Of a stretch of DNA of 64,000 nucleotides, positions 1 to 10,339 are shown piece by piece. The stretch is taken from assembly GCA_037134875.1 (NCBI GenBank), contig JBAXLH010000001.1, forward strand, positions 5,322 to 69,321, in the 5' to 3' direction. The notes under the pieces were generated by a model. That model was not told the DNA's origin, made no database searches, and worked only from the letters and a program-made list of their open reading frames with translations. The translations under genes were made by a program, and so were the position numbers. Position 1 is the first letter of the stretch. Every line of letters starts with the position of its first letter. Source of the stretch: a bacterium. GTDB lineage: Bacteria > Patescibacteriota > Minisyncoccia > Phycocordibacterales > DATDWN01.

Positions 1-299
1 GCTCCAGGGGTATTTGTAATCACGATTCCCCTTTTTGTTGCCTCGGCAACATCAATGTTGTTATACCCCACTGCATAATTTGCAAAAATTTTGGCAGTTG
101 GCACAGCATCAAAAATTTCTGCATTTATTTGGTTTGTCAAAAGCTGAAGTACCGCGTCGTATGGTTTTGCTTTGAGTGCGGAAATAAGCTCGTCTTTTGT
201 CAAAATTTTGTCACCAGCAACATCCACCTCATATCCTTTGTCTTGTAACATTTTAATTCCAACCTCTGGAATTCTTTGTGTGATGAATACTTTTTTCAT
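1..299 (-). CDS. D-2-hydroxyacid dehydrogenase (D-glycerate dehydrogenase/glyoxylate reductase-like), N-terminal part; runs off window
   Basis: Manual translation MKKVFITQRIPEVGIKMLQDKGYEV...FANYAVGYNNIDVAEATKRGIVITNTPG contains the AVGYNNID and ITNTPG motifs; not in ORF track because truncated. Confidence 0.85.
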   Translation of the reverse strand, partial: MKKVFITQRIPEVGIKMLQDKGYEVDVAGDKILTKDELISALKAKPYDAVLQLLTNQINAEIFDAVPTAKIFANYAVGYNNIDVAEATKRGIVITNTPG

Positions 300-378
300 A
301 TGTTGTGTTTGGAAACTCGTTTTGTTGGGTACTTTTTTGAAAACAGAGTTTCTATTTTACTAATTTATAATTTTTGAT

Positions 379-505
379 TCAGAAACTTTTTCTCACTGTC
401 TACTTTTCCGAAAACGAAATAAATTTCTGCTGAAATTTTTTCTCGTGCTCAGCCCGTCGGCCTGCGCAATGTTTCGGAAAAGCATCCAGTTCAACAAGTT
501 TCTGA
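379..505. repeat. Palindromic dispersed element (core type B)
   Basis: Arms TCAGAAACTT/AAGTTTCTGA and CTTTTCCGAAAAC/GTTTCGGAAAAG; core TCGTGCTCAGCCCGTCGGCCTGCGCAATG nearly identical to the core in 19351-19474. Confidence 0.75.
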
Positions 506-1378
506 TTACTCTTTAATATTATTAAACATTTTTAATTTTTTCTCGACGACATCTTGGACTGCTTTGACAGAAGGCTTCAAAAACTTGTACGGTGCTACCT
601 CCTCTGGATTTTCTGACAGGCCTTTCATAAGTCCCTGTTTGTATGCTACACGAATTTCGGTGTTGATATGCACAATTGCAATACCGTTTGCGATTGACTG
701 TTTGAAATCATCCTCTGAGTTACCTGATCCACCATGGAGAACAAGCGGGACTTTTGTGGCCTCGGCAATTGCCTTGACCCTCTCGATGTTGAGCTTTGGA
801 TCTACGCCTCCTCGGAGCATCCCGTGGAAATTTCCAACAGCTGGAGCGAGCATATCTACACCAGTCAGGTCTACAAACTCTTTTGCCTTGATTGGATCGG
901 TCAGAGATTTCTCATCGAGAAGCACACCTTCGGGAATTGCATCCAAGACTTTTGACGATTGACCAATAAAACCGAGCTCACCCTCTACCAAAACCTCTCT
1001 GCCACAACCCCTCGCATACTCCACACACTGTTTTGCAACTTTTATATTTTCTTCCAAAGAAATATTTGCTCCATCAAAAATAACTGAATCAAATCCAGCA
1101 TCGATGACTTCTTTTACGCGATTAAAAGAGTATGTGTGGTCTGCGTTGAGAAAAATTGGATAGTTGTACTGCTCACGAGTAGCTTTGACCACTGCGGCAA
1201 CCTGTGGAATGCCGACAAAATCTCTCTCGCCCTCTGACACTCCAATAATAATCGGAACATTGAGAGATTGTGCTGCTCGGAAGACTCCCCAAAATGCTTC
1301 CATATTTGAAATATTAAAATGACCTATCGCTACTTTTTTTTCTAACGCCTCATGCACACATTCTTTTAATGTTTTCAT
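506..1378 (-). CDS. fba: Class II fructose-bisphosphate aldolase
   Basis: LNADH, VEGELG, AVGNFHG, PLVLHGGSG and INTE motifs; start moved to MKTLKEC. Confidence 0.9.
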   Translation of the reverse strand: MKTLKECVHEALEKKVAIGHFNISNMEAFWGVFRAAQSLNVPIIIGVSEGERDFVGIPQVAAVVKATREQYNYPIFLNADHTYSFNRVKEVIDAGFDSVIFDGANISLEENIKVAKQCVEYARGCGREVLVEGELGFIGQSSKVLDAIPEGVLLDEKSLTDPIKAKEFVDLTGVDMLAPAVGNFHGMLRGGVDPKLNIERVKAIAEATKVPLVLHGGSGNSEDDFKQSIANGIAIVHINTEIRVAYKQGLMKGLSENPEEVAPYKFLKPSVKAVQDVVEKKLKMFNNIKE

Positions 1379-1410
1379 GTCAGTAATTATACCATACAGA
1401 TTTCCCAGAC

Positions 1411-1510
1411 AAAACACTATCTTTCAAAAAACGGATAAATTTTTGCTAAAATTTTCCTGCGTAGCCAGCCTCGCTTCGGCAATGTTTTTGAAAGTATATT
1501 TTGTATTGTT
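1411..1510. repeat. Palindromic dispersed element (core type B)
   Basis: CTTTCAAAAA/TTTTTGAAAG arms; core ACGGATAAATTTTTGCTAAAATTTTCCT is the reverse complement of part of the 33088-33206 core. Confidence 0.65.
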
Positions 1511-1535
1511 TTTACTTGATGGTACAATTACCTAT

Positions 1536-2519
1536 ATGAAAACAGATATTCTCGCCATTGGCGATGTTGTTATAGATGCTTTTATTAGACTCAAAGAAGC
1601 AGAGGTTCGGTGTGACGAACACAAGCAAAATTGCAAGCTGTGTTTGAGTTTTGCTGACAAAGTTCCCTACGAATCCGTTGAAATTTGCAAAGCTGTGGGA
1701 AATTCTGCAAATGCATCTGTATCAGCTGCACGTCTCGGTCTCAATTCTGCACTACTCTCATACGTTGGAAACGACCGAAATGGTGATGAATGTGTTGAAG
1801 AACTCCAAAAAAACAATGTGCACACAGAATATGTCAGAAAAGAGGATGGAAAAGTGACCAACTATCACTATGTGCTCTGGTATGATGTTGATCGCACGAT
1901 TTTGGTCAAGCACGAAACATACAACTACTCTCTCGGCAACATAGAAGCTCCAAAATGGATCTATTTGAGCTCTATGGGAGAAAATTCTCTGGAATTCCAT
2001 ATGGAAATTGCTGACTTTTTGGACAAAAACCCTGACACAAAACTCGTGTTCCAACCTGGAACATTTCAAATGAAATTTGGCAAAGACGCACTCGCACGAA
2101 TCTACAAAAAAACTGATATTTTTTTCTGCAACGTTGAGGAGTCACAGAGAATTTTGGGACGCAGTGACACACGAGATCTCCCAACACTTATGAAAGAAAT
2201 GATGGCTCTTGGCCCAAAAATAGTTTGTATTACAGACGGTATCGATGGTGCATATGCATACGACGGCACACATATGTGGTTTATGTCTGTGTATCCGCAC
2301 GTACCATTCGAGAGAACGGGCGCAGGTGACGCTTTTGCATCCACTGTTACCTCGGCACTTCTTCTTGGCAAAACACTGGAGGAAGCAATGATGTGGGGCC
2401 CGATCAACTCGATGTCAGTTGTCCAAAAAGTCGGCGCACAAAAAGGCCTCCTCACTCGCGAACGACTCGAGGAATATCTTCGCAATGCTCCAACAGACTA
2501 CAAACCAAGATTATTGTAA
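1536..2519 (+). CDS. PfkB-family carbohydrate kinase
   Basis: IGDVVID start, GNSANASVSAARLG, ERTGAGDAF motif; start moved to MKTDIL. Confidence 0.9.
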   Translation: MKTDILAIGDVVIDAFIRLKEAEVRCDEHKQNCKLCLSFADKVPYESVEICKAVGNSANASVSAARLGLNSALLSYVGNDRNGDECVEELQKNNVHTEYVRKEDGKVTNYHYVLWYDVDRTILVKHETYNYSLGNIEAPKWIYLSSMGENSLEFHMEIADFLDKNPDTKLVFQPGTFQMKFGKDALARIYKKTDIFFCNVEESQRILGRSDTRDLPTLMKEMMALGPKIVCITDGIDGAYAYDGTHMWFMSVYPHVPFERTGAGDAFASTVTSALLLGKTLEEAMMWGPINSMSVVQKVGAQKGLLTRERLEEYLRNAPTDYKPRLL

Positions 2520-2521
2520 TT

Positions 2522-2659
2522 ATCTGAATCAAAACTCGTCGAAAACGTATTCTTTTTTGAGGCTTCGCAAGCGCGACGGCGCGAGACTTGAGAAATTTGC
2601 CAGCAGGCAAATATTCGTACTCAAAAAAGAATATGTTGAGTAAGAGTTTTGATTCAGAT
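2522..2659. repeat. Palindromic dispersed element (core type A)
   Basis: Arms ATCTGAATCAAAACTC/GAGTTTTGATTCAGAT; core GAGACTTGAGAAATTTGCCAGCAGGCAAATATTCGTACTC identical at 19.8 kb and 28.9 kb. Confidence 0.85.
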
Positions 2660-2667
2660 TTTGATAT

Positions 2668-3660
2668 TTATTTTTTTCGAGATATTGCTTTTTTGCAAGC
2701 CGAGAGAATGTGTGATTCGCCCATTTCGTAGTATTCCAAAAGTTCTTCGGGTGTACCAGACTGACCAAACTGATCTTTGACTCCGATAAATTCAATCGGT
2801 GTCGGTGACTGTGCGGACAAGAATTCAGCTATCGCACTTCCGAGACCTCCGGCGATTTGATGTTCCTCTACTGTTACAATCGCTCCAACGTTTTTTGCAA
2901 TTTTGAGCAAAGCTTCGGCATCAAGCGGTTTGACTGTTGCAAAATTCCAGACCTGTACTTTGACACCTTCTTTGCTGAGTTTTTCTGCAACTAACAGAGA
3001 TTTGTGCACGAGCGCACCGATTGCAACTATTGCAACATCGGCTTTTTGTTCTCCATAAAACATTTGTGCTTTGCCAAATTCAAATGGAGTATCTTTTGTT
3101 GTAATGATTGGCGTTTTTTCGCGTGCAAGTCTAATGTATACTGGCTTGCCAAGCTCTGCCGCGACGAGCGTGACTCTGTGTGCCTCGAGCGAGTCACATG
3201 GACAAATAACATTCATTCGGGGGAGAATTCGTGTGATAGCAATATCTTCAATCGCCTGATGTGTTCCTCCATCTGGTCCTACCGACACGCCGGCGTGAGA
3301 GCCAACAACTACTGCCGAACATTCGTTGTAACAAATCGTAGTGCGAATCTGCTCCCAATTTCGTCCGGGAGAAAACATTGCATAACTTGTAAAGAAAGGA
3401 ATTTTTCCCATCGCTGCCATACCACTCGCCACACTCGCCAGATTTTGTTCGGCAATACCGATCTGGACAAATCGCTCTGGAAATTTATTTTTAAATAAAT
3501 TCATCTGCGTGGATACAGTGAGGTCAGCACAGAGTCCAACAACCTTTGGATTTTTCTCGCCAGCCTCGAGAAGCCCGCGACCAAAACCCATTCGAATTGG
3601 TTCCTGCTCAATATCTTTGTCCCACAACTTTGGATTTAATTTTTGATTTTGATTTATCAT
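2668..3660 (-). CDS. Transketolase, C-terminal subunit
   Basis: GIAEQN, GPDGGTHQAIED, VTVEEH motifs. Confidence 0.9.
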   Translation of the reverse strand: MINQNQKLNPKLWDKDIEQEPIRMGFGRGLLEAGEKNPKVVGLCADLTVSTQMNLFKNKFPERFVQIGIAEQNLASVASGMAAMGKIPFFTSYAMFSPGRNWEQIRTTICYNECSAVVVGSHAGVSVGPDGGTHQAIEDIAITRILPRMNVICPCDSLEAHRVTLVAAELGKPVYIRLAREKTPIITTKDTPFEFGKAQMFYGEQKADVAIVAIGALVHKSLLVAEKLSKEGVKVQVWNFATVKPLDAEALLKIAKNVGAIVTVEEHQIAGGLGSAIAEFLSAQSPTPIEFIGVKDQFGQSGTPEELLEYYEMGESHILSACKKAISRKK

Positions 3661-3672
3661 ATAGAATATTTA

Positions 3673-3915
3673 TTAAAAACCATGACCTATTGTTAAACTC
3701 ATAAGCACCAAAAGAGTCGTTGGAATAAGCATAATAACACCTACTACAATAACCAATATTCCAATAATCCTAAGAAAGGATGTTTTGTTATCTTCCTCTT
3801 TTGTTGTAACCAAAATCCTAATACCCGTACCTAAAATTACAAGTGCAATTAGAAATATAGGGAAAAAAGTTCCAAAGAGCCCCCAATCCGCAAGACTAAA
3901 AATGTTCCAATTCAT
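3673..3915 (-). CDS. Small membrane protein, hypothetical
   Basis: 80 aa with two hydrophobic segments; fits tightly between the transketolase halves. Confidence 0.6.
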   Translation of the reverse strand: MNWNIFSLADWGLFGTFFPIFLIALVILGTGIRILVTTKEEDNKTSFLRIIGILVIVVGVIMLIPTTLLVLMSLTIGHGF

Positions 3916-3924
3916 ATGTTTGTT

Positions 3925-4824
3925 TTATTCATGCTCACCTCGGATCTGTCCACCGAGCGTGCGAAGTTCGTGTAAAGCAATTTCGACCTGCTTGTCTTTT
4001 GGTGGTTCACCGGCGATTTCTGTGCCGGGAATATTACCGTGCCATTTGAAATCTCGTTCCATATAGCTCACACCTTTGCCAGGAATTGTTCGGGCTATAA
4101 CAACAGATGGCCCATCAAATACCGCTTGTGCTCTGCCAATAGCTGCAATAATTTCGGCAAAATTGTGTCCATCGATTTCCTCCGTATGCCAGCCAAAACT
4201 CTCAAATTTATGAGTGAGAGATTCAAGGGGCATTACATCTTCTGTATATCCGTCAATTTGAATATTATTTCTGTCTATAATCGCAATCAGATTGCCGAGG
4301 CGTTCCTTTCCGGCGAGCATTATTGCTTCCCAGTTTTGACCTTCATCGAGTTCCCCGTCCCCCATTATGCAATAAAAGAATTTGTCGGATGATTTGCCAT
4401 GATCTATTCTATCGGCAATCGCCATTCCGACCGCCTGTGAAAGCCCAGAGCCAAGTGGTCCGGAGCTGGTCTCCACTGCACGCAAAAATTCTCGGTGCGG
4501 GTGTCCTTGGAGACGAGATTTAAACTTTCGAAGTGTCAAAAGTTCTTCTATTGGAAAATATCCGACGTGAGCGAGCGACGCGTACAGCACCGGTGCAATA
4601 TGTCCGTTTGAAACAATAAGCCGATCTCTCTCTGGCCAATCGGGATTGTGCGGATCGTGTTTCAAAATATAAAAATATAGCGCAGTAAATATATCCGCCA
4701 TACCGAGAGGCCCCGCAGAGTGTCCCGATCCAGCCGAGACAAGCATTTCAATAATAGAAATACGAATCTCTTTTGCTTTTTCTTCCAAAAACTTTAACTT
4801 ATCATCTGTTATATTGTTTTGCAT
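3925..4824 (-). CDS. Transketolase, N-terminal subunit
   Basis: GSGHSAG, RDRLIVSNGH, LQGHP, GDGELDEGQNWEA TPP-binding motif. Confidence 0.9.
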   Translation of the reverse strand: MQNNITDDKLKFLEEKAKEIRISIIEMLVSAGSGHSAGPLGMADIFTALYFYILKHDPHNPDWPERDRLIVSNGHIAPVLYASLAHVGYFPIEELLTLRKFKSRLQGHPHREFLRAVETSSGPLGSGLSQAVGMAIADRIDHGKSSDKFFYCIMGDGELDEGQNWEAIMLAGKERLGNLIAIIDRNNIQIDGYTEDVMPLESLTHKFESFGWHTEEIDGHNFAEIIAAIGRAQAVFDGPSVVIARTIPGKGVSYMERDFKWHGNIPGTEIAGEPPKDKQVEIALHELRTLGGQIRGEHE

Positions 4825-4839
4825 ATAATTATATTTGAA

Positions 4840-5517
4840 TTATAAAGTGTACGATGAAAATTCTTCGAAAACTTCCTCTGGATTGTCTGCATCTAAAATA
4901 GCCGAGCCAGTAATGAGTTTTTTTGCACCTGCTTTGACAAGAGATTTTGCTGTCTCTTCGGTAACACCAATATCAATACCAATTATACAGTTCGGGTAGT
5001 GTCCATGCAATTGACTTATACGATTCAAAACTTTTAGATCGAGAGCGGCACCGTGTTTGCCGAGCGAATCATTTCCCATACATTGAATAAAATCAACTTG
5101 TGATACAAATTTGTCGAGTTTCGATAAGTCGGTCGATGGTTTGATAGCAATTCCAACGGTCACCAAATTTTCTTTGCAAATATCAATTACTTTTTGAAAA
5201 TTATCTGTTGCCTCGATATGCGCAACGATTGCTGATACACCGGTATAAATCCAATCTCGTACAACATCCTCTGGATTTTTGACCATAAGATGAATTTCAA
5301 AATCAACATCTTCCCACCTCGGCCAGCCTATTGCTTCTGTTTTCAACTTTTCAAAAAAATCAATGTCACGACCATTGTATGGCCATGTTTTGACGGGCGT
5401 AAACATACCATCGGAAATATCTATTTGGATGAGGTGTGCAAAAGACGCGACTCTGGAAATTTCTTCCTCTGTTTGTTCTCGCGTTTTTGGAATAATTGCT
5501 GGTACGACTATGGTCAT
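4840..5517 (-). CDS. rpe: Ribulose-phosphate 3-epimerase
   Basis: VVPAI, QIDISDG, EIHLMV, GAKKLITGSAI; pentose-phosphate context. Confidence 0.8.
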   Translation of the reverse strand: MTIVVPAIIPKTREQTEEEISRVASFAHLIQIDISDGMFTPVKTWPYNGRDIDFFEKLKTEAIGWPRWEDVDFEIHLMVKNPEDVVRDWIYTGVSAIVAHIEATDNFQKVIDICKENLVTVGIAIKPSTDLSKLDKFVSQVDFIQCMGNDSLGKHGAALDLKVLNRISQLHGHYPNCIIGIDIGVTEETAKSLVKAGAKKLITGSAILDADNPEEVFEEFSSYTL

Positions 5518-5579
5518 ATGTTTTGAAAATTTTATTGTTTCCCAAATTTCGTTGAGCTGGATTGTTTTTGGAGAAACTA

Positions 5580-6026
5580 TTAAATTTTAATTTCATCAAT
5601 CTTTCTAATTCGTCGTTCGTGTCTCTCTTCGCCGGAAAATTTGGTGTGAAGCCAAAGTTCTACTGCCTGTTTTGCTTCTTGAGAAGTCAAAAAATGTGCT
5701 CCGAGAGAAAGCATATTTGCATTATTATGTTCACGAGAGAGAGTTACAATGTGTTTTGGTCCACCATAGAACACAGCACAGCGTACATTAGGAAATCTGT
5801 TGGCAACTATTGCCTCGCCTTGACCTGACCAGCCGATCACGATACCTTTTTTTTGTGGATTTTCGAAAATTTTGCGAGCAACGAGAGATACATAGTCTGG
5901 ATAGTCATCATCATGATTGTATTTCGATGGACCACAATCAAAAACCTCTAAACCTTTTTCCTCGAGAAAAGATATGAGTTCCCTTTTGAGCTCAAACCCA
6001 GCATGATCTGATCCAATATATATCAT
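5580..6026 (-). CDS. rpiB: Ribose-5-phosphate isomerase B
   Basis: GSDHAG, DYPD, REHNNANMLSLG, RHERR. Confidence 0.9.
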   Translation of the reverse strand: MIYIGSDHAGFELKRELISFLEEKGLEVFDCGPSKYNHDDDYPDYVSLVARKIFENPQKKGIVIGWSGQGEAIVANRFPNVRCAVFYGGPKHIVTLSREHNNANMLSLGAHFLTSQEAKQAVELWLHTKFSGEERHERRIRKIDEIKI

Positions 6027-6032
6027 ATAAAA

Positions 6033-6509
6033 TTATTGTTGCGCTATGCAGTAGTTATAACTCACACCACCAGCACAACCAGACGACAAATCAGTTGCAC
6101 CACTGTTTCCAGCCGATGCTTGCTCCATTTGTGCACAGACTCTAAATTTGCCGTTTGCTGAGTTGATGATCTGGAAAGCGTAGTCGCCCGTAGCACCTTT
6201 TTTGTTTGGATCGTATGTCATTGTTTTCATATACGGCAACATATTACTTACAAATGTTGCGGTGGACCCTGCATCAGAAACCGTAGCACACGTTGTACCC
6301 GATCTCGGCAGAGTACCATTATCTGCAAAATACATATTGATACCTTTGACCAACTGATCCATATTTTGTTTGCGTTGTGTGTCACGACTTTTTTGTCCAG
6401 CCGTATATGTGTACGACACGATAATTCCTGCGAGTGCAGAAATAAGAGAAATCACCACAAGTAATTCAATGAGAGAGAAACCTTTATTAAAATGATTGAT
6501 ATATTTCAT
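6033..6509 (-). CDS. Type IV pilin/pseudopilin-like protein
   Basis: Prepilin cleavage motif KGFSLIELLVVI; C-terminal Cys pairs. Confidence 0.85.
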   Translation of the reverse strand: MKYINHFNKGFSLIELLVVISLISALAGIIVSYTYTAGQKSRDTQRKQNMDQLVKGINMYFADNGTLPRSGTTCATVSDAGSTATFVSNMLPYMKTMTYDPNKKGATGDYAFQIINSANGKFRVCAQMEQASAGNSGATDLSSGCAGGVSYNYCIAQQ

Positions 6510-6511
6510 AG

Positions 6512-7543
6512 TTACATCAAAAATGATGCAGTCTTTACGACATGCTCCATAAGCGAATAAGTGTACCCCATTTCATTATCATACCATGCCATAACTTTGA
6601 CAAGATTGCCGTCGATAACTCGCGTGAGTCCGAGATCCGCAATTGACGCATAGTGACTACCCAGAATATCCGAAGAAACGATTGGGTCTTTGGTCACAGT
6701 AAATATTTTTGCCCAATGTGGATCCTGTGATGCTTTCTCCAGAATACTGTTTACTTCCTCAACTGTTGTATTTCTTTTTGAAATAAATGTAATGTCAGCA
6801 ATCGAGCCCGCAATGATAGGAACTCGAATTGAAAGTCCGTCGAACTTGCCCTTGAGATCTGTAATTACTTTTGTGGTTGCTTTTGCTGCACCAGTAGATG
6901 TTGGAATCATATTTTGTGCTGCAGCTCTTCCCTCTTTGAAATCTTTTTTGTTTGGACCATCGACAATACTCTGACTTGCGGTATACCCATGCACAGTATT
7001 GAGAACAGCTTTTTCAATACCGATTGTTTGATTCAAAATCTGAATAACTGGACTACCGGCATTTGTCGTACACGATGCGTTTGATGTCACTATTCTGTCT
7101 TTGAGTGTGTCGCAGTTGATACCCATAAGGATTGTGGCATCGGACTCTGATCGTGGTTCGTCTTTGACCGGAGCTGTAATCACGACTTTTTTCGCCCCTG
7201 CGGTAATGTGTACACTAGCTTTTTCAAATGACGTAAATGCACCCGTGGATTCAACCACAACATGAATACCCAATGTTCCCCATGGAAGTTGTGTTGGATC
7301 CTTTTCTGACAAGAACAAAATTTCTCGTCCATTTACTGATATCTTTTTCTTGTCCTCTGACACTGTAACAGATGAAAATTTCTGCCCATATGCAGTATCG
7401 TATTTTATAAGATAGGCGATATTGTCAATGTCTCCCAAATCATTGATTGCAACAACCTCCACATCTTCTCGAGTTTCAGCAATACGCAAAAATGCTCTGC
7501 CTATACGACCAGCACCATTGATAGCAACTTTTATTTTTGACAT
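6512..7543 (-). CDS. gap: Glyceraldehyde-3-phosphate dehydrogenase type I
   Basis: VAINGAGRIGR, SNASCTTN, WYDNE. Confidence 0.95.
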   Translation of the reverse strand: MSKIKVAINGAGRIGRAFLRIAETREDVEVVAINDLGDIDNIAYLIKYDTAYGQKFSSVTVSEDKKKISVNGREILFLSEKDPTQLPWGTLGIHVVVESTGAFTSFEKASVHITAGAKKVVITAPVKDEPRSESDATILMGINCDTLKDRIVTSNASCTTNAGSPVIQILNQTIGIEKAVLNTVHGYTASQSIVDGPNKKDFKEGRAAAQNMIPTSTGAAKATTKVITDLKGKFDGLSIRVPIIAGSIADITFISKRNTTVEEVNSILEKASQDPHWAKIFTVTKDPIVSSDILGSHYASIADLGLTRVIDGNLVKVMAWYDNEMGYTYSLMEHVVKTASFLM

Positions 7544-7633
7544 TTTTTTGAGATTAGTAAGTAACATTAAAATTATAGCAATTTATATATAAAAAGAAAA
7601 ATCTCTTTGCGAGATTTTTCCACATAGTCAAAA

Positions 7634-7790
7634 TTAAATCAGACTTCCTTGTACTTTTCGAAAAGCAATCTGTCTAGTCCTGGTGGACTAGCGAACTTCT
7701 CGTCGCTCAAGAAAACAATGTCGGATTACCTCGTTGTTTTCTAAGCTCCTGCGAAAGGCTTTTCTCAAAATACAAGGAAATCTGATTTAA
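7634..7790. repeat. Palindromic dispersed element (core type D)
   Basis: Arms TTAAATCAGA..TCCTTGTA/TACAAGGA..TCTGATTTAA; core CTAGCGAACTTCTCGTCGCTCAAGAAAACAATGTCGG shared with 62792-62946. Confidence 0.85.
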
Positions 7791-7810
7791 AAATTATTTG
7801 TTTTTAAGTT

Positions 7811-10156
7811 TTATTTACTCTTCGATGCTTCAGTGACAACATCATCAATCGTACACACTCCGCCGGCACAGGCCATTTCGGCTTTTTGTTCGAGCTCGTC
7901 TGTTGCTTCGTAACTCACAATTTTCGAGAAATCAATATGTTCAAATCGTTTGAGCATTTCCTCGTATGTCTTTTTGTCTATTGTTTCGTATGGTGCAAGC
8001 TGGTAGATATGGTTGTCTCGAGGCAAAAATGTCAGTCCTCCGACAATATCCCAATGTTTAAACAACCAGTGTGCAACCTCGATCCATTCATCCTCACCGA
8101 CTGAAATAGTTGTCGATGGGTTGTGTTCTGTATAGTTTTCTTTCAAAACTTTCCAGTATTCGAGCTGTTCGATAGCAGACTGATCGTCTTTGAATATTGA
8201 TCCATTTGGTGCTTTTACTGGGAAATCAAGTACATACGTCGTAGCAGATTCTGCTGGCTGACCAACCTCGGGATGAAATGGTACGCCTTGGTCACGGAGC
8301 ATTTTGAAAAGTGAATCTGTCGAGGCAATACGAACCCGTCGAATGTAGTACGCGCTGTGTCGTGGATGCATTCCAGACGACGAATCCACTGTTTGTGAAA
8401 GATTTCCTGATGGTTTAACACAGGTAATACAAGTTGACTCACTGATACCAAATCGTTTTGCATACAATTTGTTGACTTTGATTGCCTCCGCACGGAGTTT
8501 TCGCAACACTTCTGGTTTTCGTGACACAGGAGAATCCCATTGACCAGTTACAGACACGCCGAGGAGTCGTTCTGCTTCACAATTGGTTTTCCATTCTTTT
8601 GAAAGATATGGAAAATGTGTGAGTGTAGACTGATATGTGCCGAGGATTGTTGCGACGCGAATTTTCTTGAGAAGCGAAGCCTCCGTATCATCAGCCCGAG
8701 CCACCACCTCGGATAGATTACAAAACTGTTTTGACTGCAAAATAATTTCTCCACATGGGTTTGTTCCAACAGGTTTGACGATTGTGCCACCCTCTACAAT
8801 TCCCTCTTCCTCCCAAAGTTTGATACGTCTCGAAGGCAAAGTTTTCATAAGTCCGCCACGATTGAAAATACCTCGCTCTCCTGCGTTTGACTTGATGAGA
8901 GCCACCCATTCATCGAGAAACTCTGTACTCGTTGGTTTTGTCTCGTACACCGCCGAGTTGTTGGCGAGAGATCGCTGGGGATTTGTCATCCAGAACTGAC
9001 CCTTTTTAGCATCGCGAATCTCGTTGTCATCGAGGTCAGAGAGTGAAATCATCGCGCTTCGACGCACACCTCCAGCCACGACAATTTCGCCGATTTTGCA
9101 GAGAATGTCATACGCATCAATATTTTCGAGTCGCTTACCCTGTCTCGACAAAAATTTACTCTTTGTAAATGTCAAAAGTTGTCGGAGTGGCTCTGGTCCG
9201 CTCGACTTGCCTCCCATTGTTTTGAGTCGTGCTCCAGCTGGTCGGAGAAGTGAGTAGTCAAAATCAACATCAACACCACTTGCCCATGCCTCCATACCAT
9301 GCAAAAATGCATCACACCAACCCTCTTTGCTATCTGCAATAACATATGTAGGAAGTTTTTTGCCAGTCTGTCTGTGAATTTGTGGAAGTTTCTGAATGTT
9401 CTCACTCTGTACTGCCCAACCAGCACCCGTTCCACACATTGAGATATACATCACCTCGGAAAAATCTCGGAATTTTTCTGGCGCAACAAACGAACAGTTG
9501 TAGGCAGCGACGTTTGTAGTACGAGCAGCTGTTCCAGCAAACTGGAGAAGACGCATTGATGGCATTGCTCCCTGATCCAAAATCGCCTCGCGGACTTCTT
9601 TGTATTCTGCCGGTTTGAGTTTGTCTCCCAAATTTTCTTTCATAAAGGAAACATACCGATCTACTGTCTCAACCCATGTCTCGCGACGATTTTCCTCTGG
9701 AATCCATTTTGAATATGTTCGATAGTACACAAACTCGCCAAGTGGGTTTTTGAAATGACGTTTGCTCTCCTCTGCAAGCTTTTTGACCTTTTCTGGTACC
9801 TCAATTCCCTTGTATCTCAGTTTGTTTCGCTCTTCTCTGTACAAAATATAGGCTTTTGCTGTGGCAACATACTCTGAAAGCATAAGCTCTTTTTCAACCG
9901 AGTTCTGAATTCCCTCCACCGTTGGCACAAACGTGGGATGTTTCTTGGAGATGCGCACAAGGTCGGCAAAAACCTTGTTTGCAACCATTTCAGCCTCCTC
10001 GAGAGACCCTTCATTTGAGGCAAGCATTGCTTTGTTGATGGCAATGACGATTCGCTCAACATCAAAAGGCACAAGTTCACCGTTTCTTTTCTCTACTTTT
10101 TTTATCAAACCACTCTTTTTCTCTACTTTTTCGGTTTTTTTTGTGTCTTTTGCCAT
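7811..10156 (-). CDS. nrdJ: Class II (adenosylcobalamin-dependent) ribonucleotide reductase with N-terminal ATP cone
   Basis: ATP cone VEKRNGELVPFD; GGVRRSA, TNPCGEI, CVKPSG, C-terminal CAGGVC. Confidence 0.9.
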   Translation of the reverse strand: MAKDTKKTEKVEKKSGLIKKVEKRNGELVPFDVERIVIAINKAMLASNEGSLEEAEMVANKVFADLVRISKKHPTFVPTVEGIQNSVEKELMLSEYVATAKAYILYREERNKLRYKGIEVPEKVKKLAEESKRHFKNPLGEFVYYRTYSKWIPEENRRETWVETVDRYVSFMKENLGDKLKPAEYKEVREAILDQGAMPSMRLLQFAGTAARTTNVAAYNCSFVAPEKFRDFSEVMYISMCGTGAGWAVQSENIQKLPQIHRQTGKKLPTYVIADSKEGWCDAFLHGMEAWASGVDVDFDYSLLRPAGARLKTMGGKSSGPEPLRQLLTFTKSKFLSRQGKRLENIDAYDILCKIGEIVVAGGVRRSAMISLSDLDDNEIRDAKKGQFWMTNPQRSLANNSAVYETKPTSTEFLDEWVALIKSNAGERGIFNRGGLMKTLPSRRIKLWEEEGIVEGGTIVKPVGTNPCGEIILQSKQFCNLSEVVARADDTEASLLKKIRVATILGTYQSTLTHFPYLSKEWKTNCEAERLLGVSVTGQWDSPVSRKPEVLRKLRAEAIKVNKLYAKRFGISESTCITCVKPSGNLSQTVDSSSGMHPRHSAYYIRRVRIASTDSLFKMLRDQGVPFHPEVGQPAESATTYVLDFPVKAPNGSIFKDDQSAIEQLEYWKVLKENYTEHNPSTTISVGEDEWIEVAHWLFKHWDIVGGLTFLPRDNHIYQLAPYETIDKKTYEEMLKRFEHIDFSKIVSYEATDELEQKAEMACAGGVCTIDDVVTEASKSK

Positions 10157-10339
10157 ATTTTTTACAAAAAATTAAATTATTTTAATAAATTTTTAAAAAT
10201 TTCTTATTTAGTCATCATATTGTACTCTATATTGACGTAAAAAAACTGTGGATAACGAACATTTTTTCATTCATAAAATGAATTGAAAAAAATGTAAAGT
10301 TGTCATTCCAAACGAGCCGATGCTACAACACTTTTTCCA

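Noticed and set aside
10205-10245. Possible NrdR boxes or cobalamin riboswitch upstream of nrdJ
   Set aside because: Only weak resemblance to NrdR boxes and no riboswitch core seen
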